This document shows positions 46,801-56,211 of a stretch of DNA of 58,061 nt, piece by piece (position 1 is the stretch's first letter; each line of letters starts with the position of its first letter). The notes below the pieces were generated by a model. The model searched no databases. It was not told the DNA's origin and worked only from the letters and a program-made list of their open reading frames with translations. Location: IMG/VR virus record IMGVR_UViG_3300032232_000240, positions 1 to 58,061 of that record, one strand, 5' to 3'. Made by a program: the position numbers and the translations under genes. This DNA comes from a virus (lineage: Duplodnaviria > Caudoviricetes).

Positions 46801-49159
46801 TTAGTGGGCTGTGTTTGTATGTCCACTCCATAGCGTTTGCCATGAAACGTGGGAAAGGAATAACAGTGGAACCAATCGGTCCAAGCTCTTCTACAAACTT
46901 TACAGCGTGGTGCATTGGTCCTTTAGTTGGCATCTTACTAAAGGTTGCTTTAAGAGACTCATCAACAGCATTCTTAAGAACATCAACAGGTACTTGTTTA
47001 CCTTGAGCAATAACATCATAAATGTTAGTGCCTAGTCCTGCTCTTTCTAATTGTTTTTCTACAGAAGAAACAAATATGGCTTGTCTAAAGAATGCATCTT
47101 GGGCTACGTTAAGTGTATTTAAGAGTCGAACAGGCTTTGATAGTTCCCCTTCTGATGCTTCACCTGTAGTTCTTTTTATCATTGATAAAAGCTTTGGCGC
47201 GTCTTTCAACAATACGTCTGTCATTTCAGATGACAAATCTCCACGCCCCAAATAGAAAGACGTTCTAACTGCGTCATTCCAAACACCATTAAGACCACCA
47301 GTAAAACTTCCAGTAATTGGTTGTCCAGATAACACTTCACCAGCAGTGGTTCCAACTCTATAAAGAGAAGATTCCAATGCTTCTTTAGCTGCACCAAAAG
47401 TAACAGTGGTGGCTGTAGAGAATGCGTTGCGTACAGTGGTTGATAGCTGCGATACCATCAAACCTTTTAGTTCTTTGTCTAGACGTTTAGCACCGTCCCA
47501 TAAGAAACCAAATCCGCTAGTCAATACATTATTCCTACCATACATTCTATCAATTGATTTAGCAGCTTCTGGATCAATTTGCTTCATTGAGTTTTCAAGA
47601 CGCTTAACCACAGACAAAGCCTGTAGTCCTCTACCCATGTCGCTAACACTAGAGCCATACATCTTTGATATTTGTTCTGATGTAAGACCAGTTTCTTCCA
47701 TTGCTCGCAAGAAATCTTTAACTACAAAGTCAGATCCTTTGGCAGCATTTTCTAGAATGGTGGGATCAATTGTGTCAAGTTTGTCTAGAGTGTCTCTAAC
47801 AGCCCTATTGATGGCTTGATCAGTTACGTCATCAGGTTTAAATTCTGGAGCAAGTTTCCAAATGTTTTGAGCAAACTTAGGAATATTTACATTCAAATAT
47901 TCTCTAAGCTGCATTTCTTTTAGTTGGTCTGCTCTGCTACCTTTATTAAGGAGAGTGCGTCCATCAAATATATCAAACTGATTTTCTGCTTCAATCATGT
48001 TTATGATATATTTATCAAGCTCTGGATCAGATGCTTTCTGTGGTTTTACTGGAGGAGTTGGGACAGTAGCCCGTTTCTCATAATCAGCTTTTATGCTGTC
48101 GTACAAACCTTGATATTTTGTTTTATCTGCATCACTAAGAGTGGCAAAATATTTGTCAAGCTCAGCAATTTGGCCTTTTGATCTAGTAGCTAATACATCA
48201 CCCAAAGCAGACTTAGTTCCCCTAGCAGCAGCACCAGCTTTAGCTGCTCCCGGCAAACCAGCAAATAACAATTCAGTAGTGCCGCCAACAACTGCTGCTT
48301 TAGCTACTTCTTTTCCGCTAACACCAGATTGAATTTTAGCCTGTAATGCTGCTGTTTCTTTATCAAAATCTGCTTTAAATCTTGCTTGATCTTCTGCTGG
48401 TAAAGAAGCAAAAGTTTTTTGTAATTGATCTAGTTCACCTTTACTTCCTTCAATATCAATCTTTTGGCCCAACACATTTTGTGTTGCAGCACCAGCAGCG
48501 CCAACAGCAGGAACAGCAGCAATTTTACCAATGTTGCTAACAAGAGCTTTCTTTATTCCTTCTTCAGCAACACCTTTAGTAAGTGCCCTACCAGCAATAG
48601 CACCAGTACCAGCAGTTGCTACTGTAGTGGGGGAAGAAACAATACCTTTAAAATAATCAAAGTATGGGCCAATACCTTCTTGTCCACCTTTCTCAGTAAA
48701 ACCAGCAGTCTTTTCCCACAAGTCATAAGCAGCTTTTGCTTTAACTTTGTCTTCTGGTTTTGCGTTGTTTAGATAAGAAACTTCTTGTGTAGCATTAATT
48801 TCATTACTACCCATCATTCTCATGTGTGTAGCAAATCGCTTTACAAAGTCTTCTTGTGACTCTCCCTTTTGCATGACATCTTTACCAAACCTACCAACAG
48901 CATAGTTGTAGACGGTATTAAAATTGTCAGGCTTTTCGTATAGGTCTTTAAATGGAGACTTGGTTTGCTTTGATTCTGTTATTGTTGGTGCTGTGGTAAA
49001 GCCAGCATATTTTTGACGAAGCTTGTCTTGTTCCGACATTGCCATGTCAGTTTGGCTGGGTTCAATTTTACCCCCATATTGTTTAACTAAATCATCAATA
49101 CTAGAGGTAGAGCTAGAAACAGTGCCGCCATATTGTTTGGCAAGCTCTTCATAATCCAT
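43859..49159 (-). CDS. Large internal virion protein (1766 aa) with a candidate C-terminal ADP-ribosyltransferase domain
   Basis: Largest ORF, last of the ejection-protein block; PFPRFMAN core; C-terminal LYHGS...GIGAPSFT...EHE. Confidence 0.75.
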   Translation of the reverse strand: MDYEELAKQYGGTVSSSTSSIDDLVKQYGGKIEPSQTDMAMSEQDKLRQKYAGFTTAPTITESKQTKSPFKDLYEKPDNFNTVYNYAVGRFGKDVMQKGESQEDFVKRFATHMRMMGSNEINATQEVSYLNNAKPEDKVKAKAAYDLWEKTAGFTEKGGQEGIGPYFDYFKGIVSSPTTVATAGTGAIAGRALTKGVAEEGIKKALVSNIGKIAAVPAVGAAGAATQNVLGQKIDIEGSKGELDQLQKTFASLPAEDQARFKADFDKETAALQAKIQSGVSGKEVAKAAVVGGTTELLFAGLPGAAKAGAAARGTKSALGDVLATRSKGQIAELDKYFATLSDADKTKYQGLYDSIKADYEKRATVPTPPVKPQKASDPELDKYIINMIEAENQFDIFDGRTLLNKGSRADQLKEMQLREYLNVNIPKFAQNIWKLAPEFKPDDVTDQAINRAVRDTLDKLDTIDPTILENAAKGSDFVVKDFLRAMEETGLTSEQISKMYGSSVSDMGRGLQALSVVKRLENSMKQIDPEAAKSIDRMYGRNNVLTSGFGFLWDGAKRLDKELKGLMVSQLSTTVRNAFSTATTVTFGAAKEALESSLYRVGTTAGEVLSGQPITGSFTGGLNGVWNDAVRTSFYLGRGDLSSEMTDVLLKDAPKLLSMIKRTTGEASEGELSKPVRLLNTLNVAQDAFFRQAIFVSSVEKQLERAGLGTNIYDVIAQGKQVPVDVLKNAVDESLKATFSKMPTKGPMHHAVKFVEELGPIGSTVIPFPRFMANAMEWTYKHSPLNLVNGSVDVAKGTTLLAKGERGGEAYLAQGLENVSKSTVGIAAIYAAYKYRKDNQDTNWYDVKNPDGSLVDARVFFPAGPFLAIGDYLAKMESGKTDQFKSKELIEALTGFKQPAGTYALLGDKFAEASSNAQTGEGASSNKVATFFGEWLGEYLGRGLVPLQQVSDIIGAIDRDENVPRDAYQVKPGEEGVLTSAKQQLQKRTPILKQELPVFQTATREEQSPNDAGLLKTATGVAIKQFPNELEKEITRLKIPTTKVFSTTGDKVVDAVAKKEMAPLAGKLFNTISNTSFYQEGSDDMKKIMLQNTLSFASKTAKEIATNRDMATAQQEGRQSRIFENKYSALPVEVKRETAAMYKKYTGKDLEESKDYMSALAISNSIKKIPGFAPGGLVRNLTDMLSPPSSSFIKKGAGAVAEEGGESLLSKMQKTLEESKAVEKPTIETSAPFAFSSLKQKPSNGMWIGTVKDKNGKTIEQLAFPSEQAAKDYEQFSNSFNETTTLPKKKETKGLMSPETEQQIQSFVDKAIAEGKKKQALAQRPDTSIMSEVSKKLKESPAVTPREPRNSANWWETTEPTNIAALEIAKKEANDALKGDSYRTVDRKAGLSFIQEYREGYFPSLREAFNQREKKTDTWKVDDVVLGVLQGEYRAKYKKELEITSENAVEVGKMADKLQNKLDGLREKYKDRPPMTLYHGSYSPRQSRATFGFNDPNNIQVESSHSELGIGAPSFTKDLNLNMAQTRFGGQTPENYLNVQIPYADYEFLRVNMSARQYGNRDLNTAARTITGDPITVRHMSLPATTWKEHEDAIVQAQKLKGLGAPSEQRAAGAAMNYNPTEMKDVVKKFQKRDEDLNNLTRRFGDYETVLLNPKSSKQVRITANRAYADLRKYLNTAMKYSDLVSPYGGMGQQYAYNVSVNLNRFYDMINKSTTMLDSIGSHERAENLRELGTILNMSMDDKRKTDALLSLTKKFNKGGLVSKP

Positions 49160-50799
49160 TATTTAATTCCTGCTTTTGTTTTAAATTCCTCCGCTGCTTT
49201 TGCATTGGGGAATGTTGCTGTTTGACCATTAGGCAGTCTCACTGTTACCGGAGCATTAACAGGTGTTGGAGCCGCTGGAACAGCCGCTGGAGGGGCTGTA
49301 GGAGCCGCTACAGGAGGCATTGTCGGTCTTGCCTGTGGGGTAGCGGCTGCTGGAGGCTGCGAAGGCGTTGTAGGGCCTGTTGTAGGAAGTGGCGTAGTTG
49401 CTGGTGTCATCGCCCTATTTACAACAGCTTTTCCATTGGCATCAAAATCAACATTATTAGCTAGTAATAGTTGCCGTTCTGCGTTACCAACTGGCACTCC
49501 ATCTTTTGTAAGTATTTGAATAAGTTTTTGTTGAGTGGCAATAACGGCTTGTTGAAGCAATTCTGGTCTGTCCAAGTCTTTAATACCAATATTACCATCA
49601 GCAGTGGTATAAAGATTGGTAGATGGAATGTATTGTTCGTAAATAACACGCCTTACGTTAGCAACAAGTGTACCTAGACCAATTTGTCTATCTTTTTGCT
49701 CGTCTGATAGTCCACTGGCGTCTCTCATTTTTTTAGTTAAGCCGCCTCTAATTTTTATTTCGCTATCAATATCTTGCAACATCTTTCGTTTTTCTGAGCT
49801 GTCTGGCTGTTTGTCTAATTCCACAGCTTTGGTTTGTAAACGTGCCATTGCTTTTTCTGATGTCTCTGATTTTCCAAACATAGTTTCAGCAATATATTCC
49901 GTTTCCATAATATTAGTAAGCTTATCTGTAGCTTTTTTAACAGCTTCTTGACTACCTGTTTGTCTTGCATGAGCAAGACCAGCAATAGCATTGCTTTTCA
50001 TGGTTGTGAATGAATCAGCACCCGGATCTACAGAAACTATTGCTTCTTTTAATCTAGCTGCTTTTTGTTCATTTATAGCAAGACGCTGCTCTTGATCAGA
50101 AAAGTCCCCTGTTGTTATTTCATATCTTTCTTTAGCCAAAGCAGCCGCAACATCTTTTAGGTCCATTGGTCTAAACGCACCAAACTCAAATTTAGATTTA
50201 GAACCAGAGATAGTGGTTTTTGGAGTGATGCCGCCAGAAGCTCCCATAAGGGATTCCATAGGAACACCAGATGCTTTAGCAGCACCTTCAAATGTTGTTT
50301 TATATCCCTTTTCCCTAGCTCCTGCATAAAGGCCACTAACTGGTTCTTGTTGCTTTAAAGTACCTTCAGCAACAGAAGTTGCTGTTGGCATTTTAAATTC
50401 GCCTTTAATAAAATCTTCAACTTTACCAGTGAATTCACCAGCAGCAGTTTTATCAACTTTGCTAAAAAGCTTTTGCCATTCCACTTTGCTTGGATCAAAG
50501 TCTTGCTTTGTCATAGCTCTGCTAAATTCAGAAACAAAAGCAGGACTAGAAATAGCTTCTTTTAATTCGCCTTCAGTAACATTATATCCATAATTATTAG
50601 AAAACTCTCTAAGCTTAGTAGCTGTATCAATGTACAGGTTTTGTCTTTCGTCGTAGTCTTTCTTTGAAGTTTTGTAATTGTCATAGAGAGTGCTGAAAGC
50701 ATACTCTCCAAATTTGCTTCCTAGTTTTTCTTCTTCTGCACTCTTGGTTGCATAACCAGAAGCCATTCCAGCAAGAAGGGAAAAAGCTGCTGCACCCAT
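49159..50799 (-). CDS. Internal virion/ejection protein
   Basis: Hydrophobic Gly/Ala N-terminus, helical body, Pro/Thr linker; synteny. Confidence 0.6.
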   Translation of the reverse strand: MGAAAFSLLAGMASGYATKSAEEEKLGSKFGEYAFSTLYDNYKTSKKDYDERQNLYIDTATKLREFSNNYGYNVTEGELKEAISSPAFVSEFSRAMTKQDFDPSKVEWQKLFSKVDKTAAGEFTGKVEDFIKGEFKMPTATSVAEGTLKQQEPVSGLYAGAREKGYKTTFEGAAKASGVPMESLMGASGGITPKTTISGSKSKFEFGAFRPMDLKDVAAALAKERYEITTGDFSDQEQRLAINEQKAARLKEAIVSVDPGADSFTTMKSNAIAGLAHARQTGSQEAVKKATDKLTNIMETEYIAETMFGKSETSEKAMARLQTKAVELDKQPDSSEKRKMLQDIDSEIKIRGGLTKKMRDASGLSDEQKDRQIGLGTLVANVRRVIYEQYIPSTNLYTTADGNIGIKDLDRPELLQQAVIATQQKLIQILTKDGVPVGNAERQLLLANNVDFDANGKAVVNRAMTPATTPLPTTGPTTPSQPPAAATPQARPTMPPVAAPTAPPAAVPAAPTPVNAPVTVRLPNGQTATFPNAKAAEEFKTKAGIK

Positions 50800-51293
50800 T
50801 ACATCACTCCTTTCTTTTTACTCATTAACCCACTAGGTGGAGTAGGTTCTTCATTAGCAACAGCTTGCATAGAAGTAAAAGCATATTTCAAAGCATTTTC
50901 AATAATTTCTGGTTCTACTGGTTTTTCGTTTTTAACCAAATCACTTGGATAAGTAGGAACATCAACATTTTCTAACATTGCCGCTGTTTTAATAAGCTCT
51001 ATCAACACTGGCATAACAAGAATACCAGCATCAATTGTGTGTAACCCTTTGTGTACACCAACAAGCATAAGAGACTCTGCTGCTATAGACAATGGTATCT
51101 TTGTTTCTTTTAACAAAGTAACAACATTTTCAATGACTTCTGGAGAAGACATTTTCTCAATATACATTTGCAAAACATCAGTGACAGCAGCATGCTTTGG
51201 AGGACGTTGCCACGGCAAAGATTTAGGCGGCAATGTCCAAGACACTCCCGGTATGTTTTGTTTCATAGACCCTACTGGAATATTATCTTCCAT
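50799..51293 (-). CDS. Hypothetical virion-associated protein
   Basis: IPGVSWT, PWQRPP, GLHTID, GLMSK motifs. Confidence 0.65.
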   Translation of the reverse strand: MEDNIPVGSMKQNIPGVSWTLPPKSLPWQRPPKHAAVTDVLQMYIEKMSSPEVIENVVTLLKETKIPLSIAAESLMLVGVHKGLHTIDAGILVMPVLIELIKTAAMLENVDVPTYPSDLVKNEKPVEPEIIENALKYAFTSMQAVANEEPTPPSGLMSKKKGVM

Positions 51294-51480
51294 TTAACAT
51301 TTTCTCCCTAGCTTCTCTTATGCCTTTAATAACATTAACAATAAGAAGAAAATCTTTATCTTCAGTTTTCTTATCTTCCTTTTTTAAGGGAGAAAGAAGA
51401 CTTTTTGACGTATCAACTTTCTTGCTTTTAGAAGCAATAGCAGCATCAATTTTTTTAATGTATTTTTCAATAAGTTGCAT
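51283..51480 (-). CDS. Small basic hypothetical protein
   Basis: Tight packing in the late operon. Confidence 0.6.
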   Translation of the reverse strand: MQLIEKYIKKIDAAIASKSKKVDTSKSLLSPLKKEDKKTEDKDFLLIVNVIKGIREAREKMLNGR

Positions 51481-51488
51481 AATATTTA

Positions 51489-54400
51489 TTAGGTAGTAAA
51501 GATTGATACAATCTTGTCAAAAGCTTTACCAGCCGCTCCTGATGTAACAAAAGCACCTCCAATAATACTTAAAGCTGTGGCTGTTTGAGCATTTGAAGAA
51601 GCAGTTGTAGATGCATTTCCAGTAATTGTTGTTTTTAAAATATCTGTAGCTCTATCCAATTCATTCTCACCAGACTTATAAGACATCGTTAACAAATCTC
51701 TATATGTCTGACTTGTTTGAGCATACTCAGCAGAAGACAAGTCCGTAGCATTTTTAGCATTAACAGCATTAGCTGCATTAACAGCCGCTGTATTTGCTGT
51801 AGAAACTTCAGCAATTATTTTGCTATTAGCAATTTCTACTTGCGTAGACATATTAGCATTAAACTCTTCTCTTGCGTTAGCTTGTTGAGTATTAAATTTA
51901 GAAACATCAGCAGCAACAGCTTGATTAGAAATAGCCACTTTAGTCTGCTCACCAGCATTAAACTGATTAGTAGCTGCTGTAAGCTGAGCATTCACCTTAT
52001 CTGCTTCTAGTTTATTAGTAGCGTTAGTAATTGATGCTGCATTTTGAGCAGCGGTATCGCTAAGAATAGCTTGAGAAATCTCTTGCATTTTAATAGCTTC
52101 CATCTGCTGCTTGTTGTCCAAGTTTTTCATATCCATTGCAAGGAATGATTGAGCATTAACAACAGCAGCTTGCTGTCTTGCATCAAGATTTTTCATATCC
52201 ATTGCAGCATATGTAGCAGCGTTTGCAAGAACAGTGGCTTGCTTATTAGACAAATCAGCTATATTCATTTGCTGAATAAAACCTGCATTAGCAATAGCGT
52301 TTTGTTGCTCTGCTGTAAAGTTTATATTAGCAATTTCAGAAATCTTAGCAGCGTTAGTAATATTTACTTGCTGTTTATTACTAAGTTCTTGTCCTGAAAT
52401 AGCAGCATCAATTTGAGCATTAGCCAACGCTGTTGCTTGTTTATTAGACAAGTTAGTGACATTCATTGTCATGCTGTTTGTACTATTAAACAACCTAGTT
52501 TGTTGTTCATTAGTAAGCTCAATCTTTCTTTCTTCAAGTTTTGCAGAAGCATTAAACAATGCTGTTTGCTGTTGGTTATCCAACACCTTTCCTTTCATAG
52601 CCGCAGAAGCAGCAGCGTCTTGCATGAAAGCTGCTTGCTTATTGCTGGCATCAAACTTTGCAGACTCAAAAGATTGTGTACTCTTAAGCATAGCCAACTG
52701 CTGATCATTGGTAAGCTCTTGACCAGCAATAGCTGCTCTAACTTGCAAATTAGCAATAGCTGTTTGTTGACTATTAGAAAGGTTTGCCAAATCAATCTGC
52801 ATGTTCTCAGCAGACTTTGCAAGAGTAGCCTGTTGCTTATTAGTTAGGTTGATGTTATTAACTTCTGCATATTTAGCAGCGTTGGTAATTGCTGTTTGAG
52901 AAGCAACATCCAAATTCTTAAGTTGGAAGCCAGCCTTAAGCTGAGCATTAGCAAGAACAACAGCCTGAGTATTGGAAAGATTTGACATCTGCAATGCAAA
53001 AGCATTGTTGCTGTTTGTAATAGAAGCTTGTTGTTTATTGTCTAGATTTTTTAGTTCAATGTTTTGAGCAGCAGCAGCGTTAGCCAAAGCAACAGCTTGT
53101 CTATTGTTCAAATTAGCCAGACCCATTGCAGCATATGTCTCAGCATCTTTAGCTGCAATAGGAGTAGCACTTTCCATTGCTGCTTGAAGGATAGCAGCAC
53201 CAGCCATAGAACTATTACCTAACCCACGTTTAGACATAGCAGCATTAGCTGCTCTAATGGCTCCAGCAGCCCATGCAGGAGTGCCGTCATTAAACTGTGA
53301 CATCATCTTTGCAAGCTGCCCTTGAACAGTGCTGGCAGCATCTACTACCCCTGTTTGTGCTTCAGCAGCTAAAGCTTGACTAAAACTTCCTGTTTGTGCA
53401 ATAGCCAACGCAGCTTTATCAAGAGTCTCCATTGTTGCTGCTGCTTTAATAGCATCTTCATCAACAGCAATTTGAAGCTTTTGTTTTTCAATGTCTACAA
53501 GTTCTTGATCTGTAATTGCTCTTGTTTCACCAGTGACAGTAGAAACTCTTGTTGTCGCTGCTTCTTTTGCTGCTAATTTTGCTTTATCAGCCTCAAGCAT
53601 TTTAGCAGCATCTTCTGCTTTAAATGCTCCAATAGTGGCAATTTGAGCAGAGTCTAGTGTGTAACTTGTTTGTGCTGTAGCAGTAGGGGTTGGACCAGTA
53701 AATGTAGCGGCTTTAGCAATGTCTGCTGAAGTTAATGCTCCTTCTTGTGCTGTTGCATAAGCAATAGGACCAATGTCTTTTCTAGTAGCAGCAGCAGCTA
53801 TTTCACCAGATTCTAAAGCCCTTGCGTCTTGAGTTGCTACTATTGCCGCTGGTGGTGCTGAAACTAAAGCAGCAATAGCGGCTGAAGAAAGTGTTCCTTG
53901 TGCTGCTGATACTTTAGCCAGTTCAGAAATCTGACCTGTTTGTGCAGCAAACTTATTTTGTGCTGATTGCAAAGCACCTAATGATTGTGTAGCTGTCACT
54001 ACGTCTCTAGAAACAGCAGCAGGGGCAGCAGCAGTGGTAGCAGTAGCTATTGTAGGTACACTAGCAGTGGCAACAGCAGCAGGAGCTTTTTGTACAGTTG
54101 CTCCTATGTCTTTTGTATCAGTTTGAGCAGCATTAATAATAGGAGCGCCAGCAATTTTAGGAGCGCCGGTCATAACATCAAAACTACTAGCAGCACCACT
54201 AGTTAATGTCCCAGCAGCATTTGTTGTCAATGCTCTTAGTTGTTCAGTAGTTAATTTTCCAGTAGTAGCTGTTCCTCCTGTTGTTCCACCAGTAGTTGTG
54301 GTAGTAGAAGGAGGAGTAGTAGAAGGAGTATTAACACCAGCGGTTTTAGCTTCAGCAATGCTTGAATAACGTGTACCATCTGGCCCATAGACGTATGATT

Positions 54401-54608
54401 TAGTCATGTCTACATCACCACCAGCAACAAACTTCTTTACCATCCCGCCTTTACGCATCTTTGGACCAAGAACAGAAACAACTTTTCCATACTGTTGCTG
54501 AGCAGCAGGATTTGACTCAATGAATTTGTCAAACATATTCATTGGGCCTTCATATCCCAATTTACGAGCAACAATTTCTTTTTGAGTTTCGGTAAAGTTT
54601 TGTTCCAT
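51489..54608 (-). CDS. Internal virion protein with 22-residue Asn/Gln coiled-coil repeats (candidate DNA ejection tube)
   Basis: 16 tandem NLxNxQ-anchored 22-mers; PAWAAGA..RGLGNSSMA motif; hydrophobic C-terminus. Confidence 0.7.
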   Translation of the reverse strand: MEQNFTETQKEIVARKLGYEGPMNMFDKFIESNPAAQQQYGKVVSVLGPKMRKGGMVKKFVAGGDVDMTKSYVYGPDGTRYSSIAEAKTAGVNTPSTTPPSTTTTTGGTTGGTATTGKLTTEQLRALTTNAAGTLTSGAASSFDVMTGAPKIAGAPIINAAQTDTKDIGATVQKAPAAVATASVPTIATATTAAAPAAVSRDVVTATQSLGALQSAQNKFAAQTGQISELAKVSAAQGTLSSAAIAALVSAPPAAIVATQDARALESGEIAAAATRKDIGPIAYATAQEGALTSADIAKAATFTGPTPTATAQTSYTLDSAQIATIGAFKAEDAAKMLEADKAKLAAKEAATTRVSTVTGETRAITDQELVDIEKQKLQIAVDEDAIKAAATMETLDKAALAIAQTGSFSQALAAEAQTGVVDAASTVQGQLAKMMSQFNDGTPAWAAGAIRAANAAMSKRGLGNSSMAGAAILQAAMESATPIAAKDAETYAAMGLANLNNRQAVALANAAAAQNIELKNLDNKQQASITNSNNAFALQMSNLSNTQAVVLANAQLKAGFQLKNLDVASQTAITNAAKYAEVNNINLTNKQQATLAKSAENMQIDLANLSNSQQTAIANLQVRAAIAGQELTNDQQLAMLKSTQSFESAKFDASNKQAAFMQDAAASAAMKGKVLDNQQQTALFNASAKLEERKIELTNEQQTRLFNSTNSMTMNVTNLSNKQATALANAQIDAAISGQELSNKQQVNITNAAKISEIANINFTAEQQNAIANAGFIQQMNIADLSNKQATVLANAATYAAMDMKNLDARQQAAVVNAQSFLAMDMKNLDNKQQMEAIKMQEISQAILSDTAAQNAASITNATNKLEADKVNAQLTAATNQFNAGEQTKVAISNQAVAADVSKFNTQQANAREEFNANMSTQVEIANSKIIAEVSTANTAAVNAANAVNAKNATDLSSAEYAQTSQTYRDLLTMSYKSGENELDRATDILKTTITGNASTTASSNAQTATALSIIGGAFVTSGAAGKAFDKIVSIFTT

Positions 54609-54625
54609 TAGCTTAAAGCCTTGTC

Positions 54626-54844
54626 TTATTTAAATAGCTTATCAATGACAAATGTAATAACTCCCCCAAGAAAGGAAGCAATAACCATCCCCACCCAAAA
54701 GCCACCTTTGCTTTTGTTGGCAAGCTCTAATAGCTGAGAAACACCTTCCTCAAGCTTATCCACTTTCTTTTCCAAACTTTCCACTTTGGCTGTTAATTGT
54801 CCATAAGAAAAAGGGTCAATTTCGCTCATGTTAGTTTCCATCAA
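54626..54844 (-). CDS. Small coiled-coil plus TM protein (lysis-cassette associated)
   Basis: YGQLTAKVESLE..., LANKSKGG, C-terminal TM helix; start may be at 54829. Confidence 0.65.
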   Translation of the reverse strand: MMETNMSEIDPFSYGQLTAKVESLEKKVDKLEEGVSQLLELANKSKGGFWVGMVIASFLGGVITFVIDKLFK

Positions 54845-55311
54845 GAAAGCAAAGAAGCTTCAGCTTGTCTTCTCTTAGTTAGCCCTGCTAACACCCTACC
54901 AGCAGCCTTATTCCATTTCATTATTTCTTCTTGTGCGCCTTCCCAGTCGCCGCTATCAACCCGTTTCTTTAATGTAGAAACTCTATAATTACCAACTCCG
55001 CAATTATAAGCAAAGCTAATAATTGCTGCATATCTTCTTGGCTCTGTCTTTAACAAAGAAGGAGAAAGCTTAGCTACCTGACTTGCAAAATAAAGCAAGT
55101 GTTTATCCAACTCTTCTTGTGCTTTCTTTTCGGTCCAGACTGTCTCAGGCGTTATATCAGATCCGGTACAGCCCCATCCAATAGTATAAGGATGTCCTTT
55201 AGTGCCGGGATCTGGATAAGCTTTGCAATCACCGTTGGGCAGACGTTTAGCATAGCCTTCAAAAGGCTTTACTAAAACATTAGCCGCAATGGTGATCGCT
55301 TCTGTTGTCAT
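54841..55311 (-). CDS. Endolysin, GH24 phage lysozyme
   Basis: FEG...AYPD...TIGWG, SFAYNCG, GLTKRRQAE. Confidence 0.93.
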   Translation of the reverse strand: MTTEAITIAANVLVKPFEGYAKRLPNGDCKAYPDPGTKGHPYTIGWGCTGSDITPETVWTEKKAQEELDKHLLYFASQVAKLSPSLLKTEPRRYAAIISFAYNCGVGNYRVSTLKKRVDSGDWEGAQEEIMKWNKAAGRVLAGLTKRRQAEASLLS

Positions 55312-55796
55312 TTACTCTCTTTATACTTCTCAATGGATCGACCAACAAACCAGAAAGTGAGACACATATTCAACATGCCAAAATCATCAGCACCCCAAGA
55401 ATTAGTAAGCACTGCTGCCCAATCAGCACTCACTTTAAAAGCCATGTAAATAGCAGCAGCTTTTACAGCAGCATACATAAAAAACAAAGCCCATGTAATT
55501 CCGGGTCTGACTAGAGCAGAGACAGCAGAAACAAACCAGCCAGCTTCCTTAGCAGTATTTGATTGTTCTTTAAAGGCTTCTTTAATTGCGTCTAGTTGAT
55601 TAGAAGAATAGTCAACATACTTCTCTTCCATCTTAAACTCACCACGCATCTTCTCCAAATCAGTTTGAAGAGTAAACATGGAAAGCTCATGACCCCTTTC
55701 GTTCTTCTTATCAAAGTGTTTTAGCACTTCTGGAGCTAGACGAAATAGTCCACCAAAAAGACTACCTAACAAACCACCGCTAAGCATTTCTAGCAT
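55308..55796 (-). CDS. Holin (3-TM, GTA-holin-like)
   Basis: Gly-rich N-terminal TM, ALVRPGIT, FWFVGRS; adjacent to endolysin. Confidence 0.75.
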   Translation of the reverse strand: MLEMLSGGLLGSLFGGLFRLAPEVLKHFDKKNERGHELSMFTLQTDLEKMRGEFKMEEKYVDYSSNQLDAIKEAFKEQSNTAKEAGWFVSAVSALVRPGITWALFFMYAAVKAAAIYMAFKVSADWAAVLTNSWGADDFGMLNMCLTFWFVGRSIEKYKESK

Positions 55797-55810
55797 AAAA
55801 GTCTCCGTTA

Positions 55811-56050
55811 TTATCTAAATTTTTTAGTTTTCTTAGCAATAGCTTTTGGCTGAGTTACAAATTGTTTACCTTCTTTTTTGCCTTCACGCTTTGCGCGAGT
55901 TGTTGCTGCATACTCCGCATTACTAAGGCTTTTAATTGCTGCTTTTGGTAAATATCTTTCACCAGTTTCTGATGACTTTTTACCAGATTTAGTAGTCCAT
56001 TGCTGATCTCCCCAATCTTTTAAAGACTGTTGAGCTTTAGTCAATTTCAT
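55811..56050 (-). CDS. DUF5872-like basic protein, C-terminal half
   Basis: QQSLKDW..QQW, TGERYLPK, KQFVTQP. Confidence 0.65.
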   Translation of the reverse strand: MKLTKAQQSLKDWGDQQWTTKSGKKSSETGERYLPKAAIKSLSNAEYAATTRAKREGKKEGKQFVTQPKAIAKKTKKFR

Positions 56051-56211
56051 TTATATCCACCACCAGCAGCTTTATATTTCTTAGCAACAAGTTGAGCTTT
56101 TCTAGCAGACCATTCACCAGCACCAGTTCCCATTGTAGCAGAGGCTTTTACATCAGCTACAATTTTCTTACGCAGTGTAGGCTTTGTATAAACATTGGCT
56201 TTTGTAGCCAT
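56047..56211 (-). CDS. DUF5872-like basic protein, N-terminal half (below ORF-track cutoff)
   Basis: Hand translation: MATKANVYTKPTLRKKI...GEWSARKAQLVAKKYKAAGGGYK. Confidence 0.7.
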   Translation of the reverse strand: MATKANVYTKPTLRKKIVADVKASATMGTGAGEWSARKAQLVAKKYKAAGGGYK

